Part shown: piece after piece, positions 17,976 to 28,670 of the stretch | Numbering within the stretch: position 1 is the first letter of the stretch | Layout: each line of letters begins with the position of its first letter | Assembly (NCBI GenBank): GCA_951813565.1 | Contig: OX638351.1 | Span: forward strand, 2,496,001 to 2,560,000 | Direction: 5' to 3' | Source: an uncultured Poribacteria bacterium | GTDB taxonomy: Bacteria; Poribacteria; WGA-4E; WGA-3G | DNA length: 64,000 bases | Made by a program: the position numbers and the translations under genes | The notes under the pieces: model-generated | The model's input: only the letters and a program-made list of their open reading frames with translations | What the model was told of the DNA's origin: nothing | Database searches by the model: none

Positions 17976-19685
17976 ATGGATGAAATCAAATCAGAAATAT
18001 ACGATATATTAAAAGGCGCGATCCGTGCTGCAATTGAGTCGGGGGAACTTCCAATATCGGACGTTCCCGGAATCCCTTTTTCGCCTACTAAAACCCCCGA
18101 ACACGGTGATATAGCGACTCCAGTTGCTTTGGGATTGGCAAAAAGTGCAAAAATGGCACCACGGACAATAGCCGAGATAATTCGCAAGCATGTAGATAAA
18201 AATAAATACCCGCGTATCCGCAAACTTGAAATTGCTGGACCGGGGTTTATTAATGTCTATCTCTCCGATGAGTGGTTAGACGACACACTCAGGACAATTG
18301 TGGAAGCGGGTGATGCTTACGGAAATAGCGAAATAGGTATTGGCAAGCGGATTCAAATTGAGTTTGTCAGTGCAAATCCGACAGGTCCGCTTAACATTGT
18401 GAGTGGGCGCGCTGCAGCCGTTGGCGATACGCTTGTCAACTTGTTAAACGCGGTGGGTTATGAGGCTATCCGTGAGTATTACGTCAACGATGCGGGTGGG
18501 CAAGTTGAACGACTTGGAGAATCAATTGATGTGCGCTATCGGCAAGCGTCAGGTGAAAATGACTTAGAAATTCCAGAAGGTGGATATCAAGGAAAATATT
18601 TGCGAGAGTTTGCACAAACTATCGCCGATGAGGAAGGTGATGTCTATCTAAAACTTAGCCAAGAAGAGCGGGTTAAACTTTTACGAGATAAAGGAATAAG
18701 GCATCTACTTGGACAACAAAAAGCCTCTTTGGAACGTTTTGGTGTTAACTTTGATGTGTGGACAAGCGAAAAAGCGATCCGAGACAGTGGAAAGCCAGAC
18801 GAAATTATTGAAATGTTTCGTGAGAAAAATTATCTCTACGATGCAGACGGTGCGACATGGTTTCGGATGACGGACTTTGGAGACGATAAGGATTGTGTCG
18901 TAATCCGCACCAATGGTGAATACACATATTTTGTTCCAGATGCAGCATACCATCGTGATAAATTTGACCGTGGCTTTGACAAAGTGATTGACCTGCTTGG
19001 CCCAGATCATCAGGGGCATGTGTTTCGACTCAAGAATTTTGTGAAAGCACTCGGTTTGGCAGATGATTGGTTGGAAATTGATATTATTCAACAGGTAAAT
19101 CTGGTTGATTCAGATGGCACTCGGCGGGATATGTCAAAGCGTCAGGGGCAGTTCTTTACACTTGATTTACTCATTGACGAACTTGCGGATGCTGTAGGTG
19201 AAGGATTTGCTGTGGATGTAGCACGATACTTTTTCCTGATGCGCGCAAACAATACACACTTGGATTTCAATCTTGAATTAGCGGTTACGCAAGCGAATGA
19301 GAACCCTGTCTTTTACATACAATATGCACACGCGCGGTGCTGTAGTATTTTCCAACAAGGAAAAGAGCAGCGAATTGAGTTGAAACCGATCACAGAAGTT
19401 TCTCTTGCACTACTCACAGAAGCGCATGAACACGAACTGATCCGAAAGTTGGCAGAATTTCCAGCAATTGTCCTGTCCAGCGCAGAGGAACGAGAGGCAC
19501 ACCGCATTCCACATTATCTACACGAATTAGCAGGCATATTCCATCCGTATTACAATCAGCATCGGGTGCTTGATACGTCAAATATGGAACGGACTTATGC
19601 AAGACTCATCCTCATTCAAAGTGTGCAAACAGTGTTGGCAAATGGGTTGAGATTGTTAGGAATTTCAGCACCAGAATCAATGTAA
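17976..19685 (+). CDS. argS: Arginine--tRNA ligase
   Basis: AGPGFIN, EFVSANPTGPL, REYYVND, MSKR, YIQYAHAR, LLGISAPESM. Confidence 0.96.
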   Translation: MDEIKSEIYDILKGAIRAAIESGELPISDVPGIPFSPTKTPEHGDIATPVALGLAKSAKMAPRTIAEIIRKHVDKNKYPRIRKLEIAGPGFINVYLSDEWLDDTLRTIVEAGDAYGNSEIGIGKRIQIEFVSANPTGPLNIVSGRAAAVGDTLVNLLNAVGYEAIREYYVNDAGGQVERLGESIDVRYRQASGENDLEIPEGGYQGKYLREFAQTIADEEGDVYLKLSQEERVKLLRDKGIRHLLGQQKASLERFGVNFDVWTSEKAIRDSGKPDEIIEMFREKNYLYDADGATWFRMTDFGDDKDCVVIRTNGEYTYFVPDAAYHRDKFDRGFDKVIDLLGPDHQGHVFRLKNFVKALGLADDWLEIDIIQQVNLVDSDGTRRDMSKRQGQFFTLDLLIDELADAVGEGFAVDVARYFFLMRANNTHLDFNLELAVTQANENPVFYIQYAHARCCSIFQQGKEQRIELKPITEVSLALLTEAHEHELIRKLAEFPAIVLSSAEEREAHRIPHYLHELAGIFHPYYNQHRVLDTSNMERTYARLILIQSVQTVLANGLRLLGISAPESM

Positions 19686-19708
19686 AACTTTAACGGAGAT
19701 TTCCATAA

Positions 19709-21052
19709 ATGGAAGTAAATTATAGAGAAATTGACAAGGCACATGTTTGGCATCCACTGTTCCAACACCAACGTCTTGAGGAAACAGATTTGCTGGTTTT
19801 TAAATCGGCACATGGCACAACCCTGGTAGATGTAGACGGAAATGAATATTTAGATGCGTATTCAGCACTATGGAATGTCAATGTCGGTTACGGAAGACAA
19901 GAAATTGCGGATGCAGTCTATGCACAAATACAAGAATTATGTTATTATCCACATTCTCAGATTAATGTTCCAGCAACTGAATTAGCAGCGCAGTTGGCAG
20001 CATGTCTTCCCGGCGATCTGAATCACGTCTTTTTTTGCAATAGTGGCTCTGAAGCAAATGAAACCGCAATTAAAATTGCGCGACAGTACGGCAGACAGAC
20101 CTATCCGGGAGAGAATCGCTACAAGATAATTACCCGATATCGCGGCTATCACGGATTTACTTATGGCGCAATGTCAGCCACAGGACAAGCACGAAGACGG
20201 AAAGCGTTTGAACCGTTGGTACCAGGATTCCATCATGCGCATCCACCCTATTGCTATAGATGTCCACTCGGTTTAGAGTATCCATCGTGTAATGTTGCAT
20301 GTGTAAATGAAATTGAACGAATAATTCAGTCAGAGGGACCCGAAACTGTGATTGCGGTGATTGCGGAGCCAATCATCGGTGGCGGTGGGATAATTGTGCC
20401 GCCCGACGAGTATTTCCCAAAATTGCGAAAAATCTGTGATGATTACGGTTTATTACTTATTCTTGATGAAGTTATTACCGGTTTCGGACGAACAGGGAAG
20501 ATGTTTGCATGCGAGCATTGGGACGTACAGCCAGACCTCATCACGCTTGCGAAGGGATTGACGAGCGGATATATTCCACTCGGTGCATGTGTTGCATCAA
20601 CTCCTGTATTCAAGACATTTCTTGGGGATTCTGATGAAAATCGGGAATTTTCTCAAGTTTGTACCTATGGCGGACATCCTGTTGCTTGTGCAGCAGGTGT
20701 GGCAAATCTGAACATTTTGCAATCAGAACGTCTCTGGGAAAACGCTGAAAAGGTAGGTAGTTATCTGCTTGAAAAACTAAAGACTTTGGAATCACTACCT
20801 ATTGTTGGCGATGTACGGGGCAAAGGTCTCATGCTTGCTGTAGAGTTCATCAAAGCCGATGGCACACACCTTGAAACCGCGAAAACGAACCAAATTGTGG
20901 GACAATTGAGAGAAAAAGGTGTTATTGTTGGGAAGATCGGGCACGCTGTTGACGAGCCAGAGAATATCATTTACATTGCGCCCCCTCTTATCCTCACTGA
21001 ATCGGAGGCAGATAAAATTTACAATACTTTACGTCAGGTACTTGTCCAATAG
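19709..21052 (+). CDS. Class III PLP aminotransferase
   Basis: NSGSEANE, GYHG, LILDEVITGFGRTG, AKGLTSGY. Confidence 0.92.
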   Translation: MEVNYREIDKAHVWHPLFQHQRLEETDLLVFKSAHGTTLVDVDGNEYLDAYSALWNVNVGYGRQEIADAVYAQIQELCYYPHSQINVPATELAAQLAACLPGDLNHVFFCNSGSEANETAIKIARQYGRQTYPGENRYKIITRYRGYHGFTYGAMSATGQARRRKAFEPLVPGFHHAHPPYCYRCPLGLEYPSCNVACVNEIERIIQSEGPETVIAVIAEPIIGGGGIIVPPDEYFPKLRKICDDYGLLLILDEVITGFGRTGKMFACEHWDVQPDLITLAKGLTSGYIPLGACVASTPVFKTFLGDSDENREFSQVCTYGGHPVACAAGVANLNILQSERLWENAEKVGSYLLEKLKTLESLPIVGDVRGKGLMLAVEFIKADGTHLETAKTNQIVGQLREKGVIVGKIGHAVDEPENIIYIAPPLILTESEADKIYNTLRQVLVQ

Positions 21053-21892
21053 AAGTTTTAACTGATGTCGTTTAGCAATCGGAATCTTATCCGGTTGTGT
21101 AGCAATGGAAAATTGGAGGGCATTGGCACAAAAGCAATTACGTTGTTCATCTTGGATTTTTGACACTAAATTCCGGACAGCTTTCTTGGAGATTTCCACA
21201 TTTGAAAGTAGATTGTTCAGAATCATCTCAGTGGTAACGTGGTCGTGTTCGGGATGCCAGCAATCGTAGTCGGTAGAACATGCCAAGACAGCGTAACAGA
21301 TTTCTGCTTCGCGTGCAAGTTTTGCTTCCGGTGCTGCAGTCATACCGATAATGTCAAAACCGAGATTTCGGTATACATTGGATTCAGCTTGTGTAGAAAA
21401 CGCGGGTCCCTCCATACAGATGTAGGTGCCGCCATTGTGAACGGTCGCACCGACTTCTGTTGCTGCTGTGTATAATAGTGTACTTAGATGTGAGCAGAAC
21501 GGGTGTGCAAGGCTAATGTGGGCGGCAATACCGTCACCAAAAAAAGTAGATTCTCGGTTTTTTGTGTGATCGTAAAGTTGATCCGGTACGACGAAGTGGC
21601 GTGGTTCAATTTCTTGCTTGAGACTACCTACCGCGCTAACGGAGATAAGCCATTCTACACCCAACGATTTTAGGGCATAAATGTTGGCACGGACATTAAT
21701 ATCAGAAGGAAGAAGTGGGTGTCCTACACCATGACGTGGTAGAAAAACTACCGGTTGTCCATCGAGATTACCAAGAATTAGGTCATCACTCGGTTTGCCA
21801 AAAGGAGTGTCAATTTCGATTGTTTCAATGTCGGTCAAACCTTCCATTTGATAGAATCCACTACCACCGATTATGCCGATTTTGACATGCAT
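21029..21892 (-). CDS. mtnP: S-methyl-5'-thioadenosine phosphorylase
   Basis: GIIGGSG, FLPRHG, EGPAFST, GMT, TDYDCW. Confidence 0.95.
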   Translation of the reverse strand: MHVKIGIIGGSGFYQMEGLTDIETIEIDTPFGKPSDDLILGNLDGQPVVFLPRHGVGHPLLPSDINVRANIYALKSLGVEWLISVSAVGSLKQEIEPRHFVVPDQLYDHTKNRESTFFGDGIAAHISLAHPFCSHLSTLLYTAATEVGATVHNGGTYICMEGPAFSTQAESNVYRNLGFDIIGMTAAPEAKLAREAEICYAVLACSTDYDCWHPEHDHVTTEMILNNLLSNVEISKKAVRNLVSKIQDEQRNCFCANALQFSIATQPDKIPIAKRHQLKLLLDKYLT

Positions 21893-21942
21893 TTATTTTA
21901 TTCTCCAAAGGAAAAGCAAAAGAATTGTGCTTTTGATTAGTT

Positions 21943-22764
21943 ATGCCATTGCTACAATGTGGAAATTGGGTACTTGAGGGAAAATCAAGTTCAGCTGTTG
22001 CGACTTACATCAGGATAAAAGAACTTGACCTAATTTTTGATTTGGGCAGGTGCCCAATGAATTTCATCGGGACGAACCATGTTTTTATTTCACATTTCCA
22101 TCTTGACCACTATTTTGGGTTGCCGATCTATATAAGTCAACGTTGGCTTTCAGGAATGCCGCCGGGAAATATTTATGTTCCTTCAAGCGGGTTCAAGCAA
22201 TTGAAGAACATCCTTGACAGGATTTCTACACTGGATGCAGGGCGAAACTGGGGTTATCAAATAACACCAGTAGAAGCAGGTAATTCTATTCCGTTTCGGC
22301 AGAATTTAGTCGCACACATTCTAACGGGTAACCACAGCGTCCCAGCTGTCTCCTATCTGATTTGTGAAGTTCGAAAAAAACTGAAGCCCGAATACCGCGA
22401 TTTATCAGGAAGAGAAATCGTGGCACTCAAGCGTTCAGGTGTTGAAATTACAAATGAGGTGCAGTTACCTTTGGTCGCTTATTTGGGTGATACGCGCGGC
22501 ATTTCCCTTGACGCGCATCCGTTGCTCACACAATGTAAACTTCTGATTTGTGAATGCACCTTTATTACATCTGAACATCGTGAACGGGCTAAGAAAACGA
22601 AGCATTTGCATCTGGATATGTTACCTTCCTTGTTAGAACATTTTGAGAGTGAATATATTGTTCTAAATCACTTCTCACGCCGCTATACACCTGAGTTAAT
22701 CCGGCAAGAAGTTTTCAAACAGTTACCTGCTTCTGAACATGCCCGTGTTCACTTATTTCTATGA
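21943..22764 (+). CDS. RNase Z-like metallo-beta-lactamase fold protein
   Basis: SHFHLDH, GDT, ECTF, HFSRRY. Confidence 0.8.
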   Translation: MPLLQCGNWVLEGKSSSAVATYIRIKELDLIFDLGRCPMNFIGTNHVFISHFHLDHYFGLPIYISQRWLSGMPPGNIYVPSSGFKQLKNILDRISTLDAGRNWGYQITPVEAGNSIPFRQNLVAHILTGNHSVPAVSYLICEVRKKLKPEYRDLSGREIVALKRSGVEITNEVQLPLVAYLGDTRGISLDAHPLLTQCKLLICECTFITSEHRERAKKTKHLHLDMLPSLLEHFESEYIVLNHFSRRYTPELIRQEVFKQLPASEHARVHLFL

Positions 22765-22898
22765 CAATGCATTCATCGTATTCGGATTAATAATAGACTT
22801 TAGCTTAATGCTATTGTTAAAATTATAGGATGGTCACGTTGAAATAGTGATTGCTACCACTACGGTCCGCCCATCATAAGTTTAAAACATCAGAATCT

Positions 22899-24302
22899 TT
22901 AGTTTCCCGCTCCAGGTTGTGAGTTTGGATCTTGGTCAGAGGTGCCGTTTTCCTGTTCCTCATAGAACTTATAACCGTCTTGATCTTGGTCAAGTTCATA
23001 TTGGCGTACGATCTGTTCAGCCTCTCGAAGATAAGGCCTGTCACCTTTTGTGAGGCTTATATATGTTTTGAACCCTTTGTAAGCGGAACCAAATTCACGA
23101 ATAGCGCGATAGCAGACGGCTTGTTGATATACAGATTCATTTAGCCAAGTGGATTGTGGTGCATTTTCAAGCAGATCATCATAAGCTTGGATCGCACGTT
23201 CGTACTGACCACTTTGCTGGTAAAGTAAACCGACTCGGTATAGCGCATCTGAAATGGCGAACTTTTTGTGTGAAAGATCACGAATTAACACTTTATACGT
23301 TTCAATAGCGTTCGGATAGTTGCGGAGTGTTTGCCAATTCCGAGCGATTTGTTGATAATTCTGGACAACCAGGTCAGTTTTTCCCATCAGCCATTTTTCG
23401 GATGGAAGTATGTACCTCCCAAGTTTCTCAAACTCCACTGCTTTTGCGCTCTTGTTTCGCTGAATTTCATCTTGATCTTGTTTGATTTCAATTAAGAGTA
23501 TTTCTGTCTTGTTCAACAATACCCTAACCTGCTCAGCTTCGTAAGAGTCGGGAAATTTATCCGCGACTGTTACAAATGCACCCCAACCGCCAGCATTGGT
23601 GTAATCATACAATTTGTAAAAATAGATGTTGCCAACCTGAAATTGAGCTTGCGCGGCTTTGTCATGGTTATCAAATTCCTTAACCATTCTTTCAAAAGTT
23701 ACGATGGCTTCGGGAAAGTTTTCTAACGCTTCGTAAGCCTGAGCAACCTTATAGAGCGATTTTGCTGCAATATCATAGGTTTCATCACTCTTTTCAGTGT
23801 CATAAAGGGCTTTATAGTTTTGATAATTCGCGAGTTCCTGCGCAATTAATTCACGGTTTTTTCGAATACTCGCAATACCGCTTTTTGCTTCACTTGCATA
23901 GTATCCCGTTGGATCAAGTTCCACAATTGCTTGATAATGTTCATTTGCTTTATCCCACTCATAATGCTTCTTATAGATTTTTGCGATTTGATAGTGAGAC
24001 CGCTGAGCATATTTTCCTTTAACATCTCGGTCAATGACTTCCAGATAAAGAGACATCGCTCTATCATAAGCTTTTTGCTGTCTGGCACGTGCTTTTTGTT
24101 TCTCTTCAGGGTCATCGGAGCGGGTAGAAACAGCTTCGGCCTCGTCAAATGCGTTATCAGCATTTTGGATTTTCGCACTCAATGGTACGATGTTAACGCC
24201 GCCTATGCAACCGATATGTGTTATCACAAATATGCCAAGTATGAGAATAATAAGGTAGCTTATACCTAATTTCAGAACGGAACCGGGTGTGAAACGGATC
24301 AT
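22899..24302 (-). CDS. Exported TPR-repeat protein
   Basis: Hydrophobic N-terminus, repeated TPR helices, C-terminal DQDQDG. Confidence 0.85.
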   Translation of the reverse strand: MIRFTPGSVLKLGISYLIILILGIFVITHIGCIGGVNIVPLSAKIQNADNAFDEAEAVSTRSDDPEEKQKARARQQKAYDRAMSLYLEVIDRDVKGKYAQRSHYQIAKIYKKHYEWDKANEHYQAIVELDPTGYYASEAKSGIASIRKNRELIAQELANYQNYKALYDTEKSDETYDIAAKSLYKVAQAYEALENFPEAIVTFERMVKEFDNHDKAAQAQFQVGNIYFYKLYDYTNAGGWGAFVTVADKFPDSYEAEQVRVLLNKTEILLIEIKQDQDEIQRNKSAKAVEFEKLGRYILPSEKWLMGKTDLVVQNYQQIARNWQTLRNYPNAIETYKVLIRDLSHKKFAISDALYRVGLLYQQSGQYERAIQAYDDLLENAPQSTWLNESVYQQAVCYRAIREFGSAYKGFKTYISLTKGDRPYLREAEQIVRQYELDQDQDGYKFYEEQENGTSDQDPNSQPGAGN

Positions 24303-24480
24303 CGTTGTTAATCCTCCTAAGGAATGAAATATGGAAACCTGCCAGCAAATTGATGAAGTTTACTGGTTTTGATTTATGTTTCAGTATAACAAAAACACAA
24401 AAATTGTCAAGAAAAAACTTCTGTGTTAATAATTTTTTGGAAAGTGAGATAATCTATTGTTTACTGTTCAACAAAACTTG

Positions 24481-24509
24481 TTGACAAATCAAAGTAAAAT
24501 TTATACAAT
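24481..24509 (+). promoter_or_regulatory. Sigma70 promoter
   Basis: TTGACA-17 nt-TACAAT. Confidence 0.7.
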
Positions 24510-24578
24510 AATTCAATAGCAAACTCATAGTAAATTGAATTTCCTTTTGTGAATCTTGATTATAATAGGGAGGCGAAT

Positions 24579-25481
24579 ATGGCAAACGCAGACTATAAAA
24601 TCGGTGTAGTGGGTGTTGGTAGGATGGGGGCAAACATCGCCCGACACCTTAATGATGAAGGGTTCAAAGTCGTTGCTGTTTACGATACTGATAGTGAACG
24701 TGCCAATGAATTAGCATCGGAACTTAGTACAACGGCTGCTGACAAATTGGCACAGGTCACTGAACTTGCAGATTACATCATTACGGTTGTCACAGATAAC
24801 GATGCGATGCGGCAGATTTATTCTGATGATGCGGACGATAGTTTGCTCAAAGGGGCATCAGGCAAAGTTTTTATCAACTGTGCTACAATTAGTCCACAAG
24901 TTCATGTAGATGTTGAGAGTTTCGCGGAAAAGCACGGTGCTGAAAGTCTTGAGGGATGTATGGCGAGCAGCATTACACAGGCGCGCGAAGGCACGCTCTA
25001 TTTAATGTGTGGTGGCAAAAAGGCAACTTTCGATAAGGCACATGCGATTCTGGATTCAATGAGTGTTTCCCTACGTTATATCGGTGAAGCAGGCAAGGCT
25101 GCGCAAGTAAAAGCACTGGTCAACATGGTAATGAACATCAACACTGCGGGTCTCGCGGAAGGGCTTGGATTAGGTGCTGCACTTGGTCTGGATTTGGAAA
25201 TGTTGCAGGAAGTTTTCGCACAAACTGGGGCAAACTCTCGCGTTTTGGAAACTGACGGAGAAGATATGCAGTTACGCGATCATGAATGCTATTTTTCCGC
25301 TGCGCACGCATCTAAGGATTCTGGCATTGCGCTTGATCTTGCCGATGCTGCAGGCATTGCGCTTCCACTGGCACAAGCCACGAAAGATCAGTATGATCGG
25401 ATGATTGAATTGGGATTAGGTGATTTAGATAAGTCGGGTGTTGCTGAATTGACATTCCCTGGACGCGGAAAGAGCGAATAA
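24579..25481 (+). CDS. 3-hydroxyisobutyrate dehydrogenase family oxidoreductase
   Basis: GVVGVGRMG, KALVN; SD GGGAGG. Confidence 0.88.
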   Translation: MANADYKIGVVGVGRMGANIARHLNDEGFKVVAVYDTDSERANELASELSTTAADKLAQVTELADYIITVVTDNDAMRQIYSDDADDSLLKGASGKVFINCATISPQVHVDVESFAEKHGAESLEGCMASSITQAREGTLYLMCGGKKATFDKAHAILDSMSVSLRYIGEAGKAAQVKALVNMVMNINTAGLAEGLGLGAALGLDLEMLQEVFAQTGANSRVLETDGEDMQLRDHECYFSAAHASKDSGIALDLADAAGIALPLAQATKDQYDRMIELGLGDLDKSGVAELTFPGRGKSE

Positions 25482-25541
25482 TAGCCCAAGCATAATGAGG
25501 TTCTGACGCGATGCTACGATAATTTCATCGGAAACTGACTA

Positions 25542-26285
25542 ATGCAGACAACCAAGAAAGAAGCGATGCTGAGAGGGGTAATTCTTGCGGGAGGTTTAGG
25601 CACCCGTTTATACCCGCTTACCAAGGTTACCAGCAAACATCTCCTACCTGTTGGCAATGAACCAATGATTTTTCACAGCGTTCGGCAACTTACGGCAGTT
25701 GGAATAACCGATATTCTTATTGTTACAAATCCCAGTTACGTAGGGAATTTTGTTAACGTATTGGGAAGTGGAAAAGATTTCGGTTGTGACTTCACCTATC
25801 GTGTGCAGGAGGAAGCAAAAGGTATCGCACATGCCCTCGCCTTAGCTGAAGGATTTGCTGCCAACGGTAGGATAGCTGTCTTACTTGGAGACAACATCTT
25901 TGAATCTTCAATTGAACAGGTTGTTTCTGATTTTCATGCGCAACAAGCCGGTGCTCGCGTTTTGCTGAAAAAGGTTGAAGACCCTGAACGTTATGGCGTG
26001 GCAACCTTAAATGGAAACCGAATTGTAAAAATTGAGGAGAAACCGAAGCATCCCAAAAGTGATTATGCAATAGTGGGTGTTTATTTTTACGATTCATCAG
26101 TTTTCGATATTATCCGCACCATTGAACCTTCATCTCGGGGTGAGTACGAGATAACAGATGTTAATAATGTCTATATTAATCGCGCACAACTCGAACATAG
26201 CTTCTTAAAAGGAAAATGGGTTGATGCGGGAACTTTTGATTCTCTTGCTGAAGCTCACCAAATTCTTTTAAATCGGAAGGAGTAA
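25542..26285 (+). CDS. Sugar-phosphate nucleotidyltransferase (RmlA/SpsI-like)
   Basis: GVILAGGLGTRLYPLTK, EEKP, RGEYEITD, WVDAGT. Confidence 0.92.
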   Translation: MQTTKKEAMLRGVILAGGLGTRLYPLTKVTSKHLLPVGNEPMIFHSVRQLTAVGITDILIVTNPSYVGNFVNVLGSGKDFGCDFTYRVQEEAKGIAHALALAEGFAANGRIAVLLGDNIFESSIEQVVSDFHAQQAGARVLLKKVEDPERYGVATLNGNRIVKIEEKPKHPKSDYAIVGVYFYDSSVFDIIRTIEPSSRGEYEITDVNNVYINRAQLEHSFLKGKWVDAGTFDSLAEAHQILLNRKE

Positions 26286-26287
26286 CA

Positions 26288-27511
26288 TTGGTCGCTACAC
26301 AGAAACCATATCTATCAATTGTTGTTCCTGTATACAACGAGGAGGAGAATGTCAAGCCACTGTATGAGAAAATTCGGACGGTATGTGAGTCAATTGGTGA
26401 AACGTATGAAGTTCTATTTGTAGATGATGGGAGCCGAGATAAAACTTTTGAAGTGCTTTCAGAATTGCGTGAAGGTGAACCACATTTAGCCGTAATCCGG
26501 TTCCAAAAGAACGCTGGTCAGACAGCTGCGATGGCAGCTGGTTTTGAATTTGCACAAGGCGAACGTATTATCAGCATGGACGGTGATCTACAAAATGATC
26601 CTGCCGATATTCCACATCTACTCAAGAAACTTGATGAAGATTATGACTTAGTATGCGGATGGCGGAGAGAACGACAGGATAAATTCTGGACACGCCGAGT
26701 TCCTTCTGTCGTTGCCAATTGGATAATTAGTCAGGTAACGGGTGTTGGAATTCATGACAACGGTTGTTCACTCAAAGCATACCGGGCTGAGGTTATCAAA
26801 CAGGTGCCACTTTATGGTGAGATGCACCGGTTCATTCCGGCGATGTCTACGGTTGTAGGCGCGCGCATTGCTGAAATTGTCGTTAAGCATCACCCTCGTC
26901 GTTTCGGAACAAGTAAATACGGTCTCGGTAGAATCTGGCGCGTTATGCTGGATATTTTAGCGTTTAAATTGATTCTCTCAGTTTTCGCGCGGCAGTCTAA
27001 TCAGAATGGTCACCCATCTACTCAACATTCCTACGGCAACCAAATGAACCCCAAATTTAATGTCTTTCGAGTCGCTGCGTTTCTAAGCCTTCCCTTCTTC
27101 ATTATAGGATTTCCTTTGATTAATGTCGCCATTATTGCAGCTCTCAGTTTTATCGGATTAGGGGTATCTCTAATAGGAATCAGTTTGATAACAGGATGGT
27201 CACTCGGCAAAGCACAACGTGAAGCTGCAGATTTAAGCCCACTGGCTTCTTTTTTTATTTATCGTTGTGCAAGACGTCCCATTCGGTGTTTCGGTCCCTC
27301 TGGTGCAACGATATTCGTATTGGGAGGTATTCTAATGATAGGATTACCAAACGTTGGCCCTATTCTGATGAGTATAGGAATTTTGACATTCTGCTGCGGT
27401 CTGTTCGGTGAAATTATAGCCTATGGAAACGCTAAACGGGTTAAAGATTACACAGTTGAAATATTTTTAAATGCAAAATACAATTACAAAGTTTTTGAAA
27501 ACATTTCCTGA
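26288..27511 (+). CDS. GT2 polyprenol-phosphate glycosyltransferase (ArnC-like)
   Basis: VVPVYNEE, VDDGS, MDGDLQNDP, MHRFIP, C-terminal TM helices. Confidence 0.88.
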   Translation: MVATQKPYLSIVVPVYNEEENVKPLYEKIRTVCESIGETYEVLFVDDGSRDKTFEVLSELREGEPHLAVIRFQKNAGQTAAMAAGFEFAQGERIISMDGDLQNDPADIPHLLKKLDEDYDLVCGWRRERQDKFWTRRVPSVVANWIISQVTGVGIHDNGCSLKAYRAEVIKQVPLYGEMHRFIPAMSTVVGARIAEIVVKHHPRRFGTSKYGLGRIWRVMLDILAFKLILSVFARQSNQNGHPSTQHSYGNQMNPKFNVFRVAAFLSLPFFIIGFPLINVAIIAALSFIGLGVSLIGISLITGWSLGKAQREAADLSPLASFFIYRCARRPIRCFGPSGATIFVLGGILMIGLPNVGPILMSIGILTFCCGLFGEIIAYGNAKRVKDYTVEIFLNAKYNYKVFENIS

Positions 27512-28631
27512 TGAATGGCAAACCGAATTTCCGGTTACCAAATCCTATATCTATATGAACCATGCTGGTGTTGCACCATTATCGCGCCGGGTAAGGAATG
27601 CGATGATAGGCTTTGTAGAAGATGCTACCGTCAACGGTGCAGTAAATGTAGAATCTTGGGTGGAAACCGCTGAGGCGTGTCGAGCCGTTGCAGCACAACT
27701 GATCAACGCCAATACAACTGAAGTTGCGTTTATGAAGAACACAACTCAGGGAATACTCATCGCTGCGAACGGTATTGATTGGCGCGAAGGTGATAACGTC
27801 GTTACAACGGCGGTTGAATTTCCTGCAAATGTCTATCCGTGGTGGAGTTTGAAGGAACGCTACGGCGTTGAAACGCGCATGGTCTCTGAGCGAAATGGGA
27901 GCATTTATCTTGATGATATTGTTGATGCAATTGATGAGCGCACACGAGTTGTAACAATAAGCCATGTGGAATTCGCCTCTGGCTTCCGAAACAACATTAA
28001 GGCGATTGGTGAGATATGTCAAGAACGCGATATCTGGTTTGTCGTGGATGCAATTCAAAGTCTCGGTGCAATTGAGGTAGATGTGAAATCGTCACATATT
28101 GATATTCTCGCAGCAGATGGGCACAAGTGGTTGCTGGCACCGGAGGGAGCAGCAATTTTCTACTGTACTAATGACAAACTGGAACGGTTGATAAACACTA
28201 ATGTTGGTTGGGCAAGTGTCGTGAATCCACGCGATTTTCTCAATTATGATCTCACACAGAAACCGGATGCTACCCGTTTTGAGGAGGGGTCCTATAATAG
28301 CATAGGTCTATATGGACTGAAGGCAGCAATTGAGTTGTTACTTGAAGTTGGGATTTCAAACATTGAGACCTATATTTTAGAACTTACAGCAGGCTTAATT
28401 AAAGGATTGAAAGCCAAAGGGTATCACGTTATCACACCTGAAAAAGATTCAGATCGGTCAGGAATCGTGGTTTTTGAAAGCACGCGACACACACCTGCAG
28501 AACTCTATGCGCTACTCCATAAAAAAAATATAATTACAGCTGAACGCGGTAGCGGCGTTAGAGTCTCACCACATTTTTATAACACAGAATCGGAAATAGC
28601 ACGGTTGCTTGAAACCTTACCCGACTTATAA
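27471..28631 (+). CDS. Class V PLP-dependent enzyme
   Basis: YMNHAG, VDAIQSLG, DGHKWLLAP, RVSPHFYN. Confidence 0.9.
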   Translation: MQNTITKFLKTFPDEWQTEFPVTKSYIYMNHAGVAPLSRRVRNAMIGFVEDATVNGAVNVESWVETAEACRAVAAQLINANTTEVAFMKNTTQGILIAANGIDWREGDNVVTTAVEFPANVYPWWSLKERYGVETRMVSERNGSIYLDDIVDAIDERTRVVTISHVEFASGFRNNIKAIGEICQERDIWFVVDAIQSLGAIEVDVKSSHIDILAADGHKWLLAPEGAAIFYCTNDKLERLINTNVGWASVVNPRDFLNYDLTQKPDATRFEEGSYNSIGLYGLKAAIELLLEVGISNIETYILELTAGLIKGLKAKGYHVITPEKDSDRSGIVVFESTRHTPAELYALLHKKNIITAERGSGVRVSPHFYNTESEIARLLETLPDL

Positions 28632-28670
28632 GGACTATTTCTATTTCACAGCATTCAATTTGATCTTCAA

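Noticed and set aside
27471..28631. Selenocysteine lyase or cysteine desulfurase linked to the UxxU gene
   Set aside because: No catalytic Cys loop near the C-terminus (AERGSGVRVS), and it lies far from that gene
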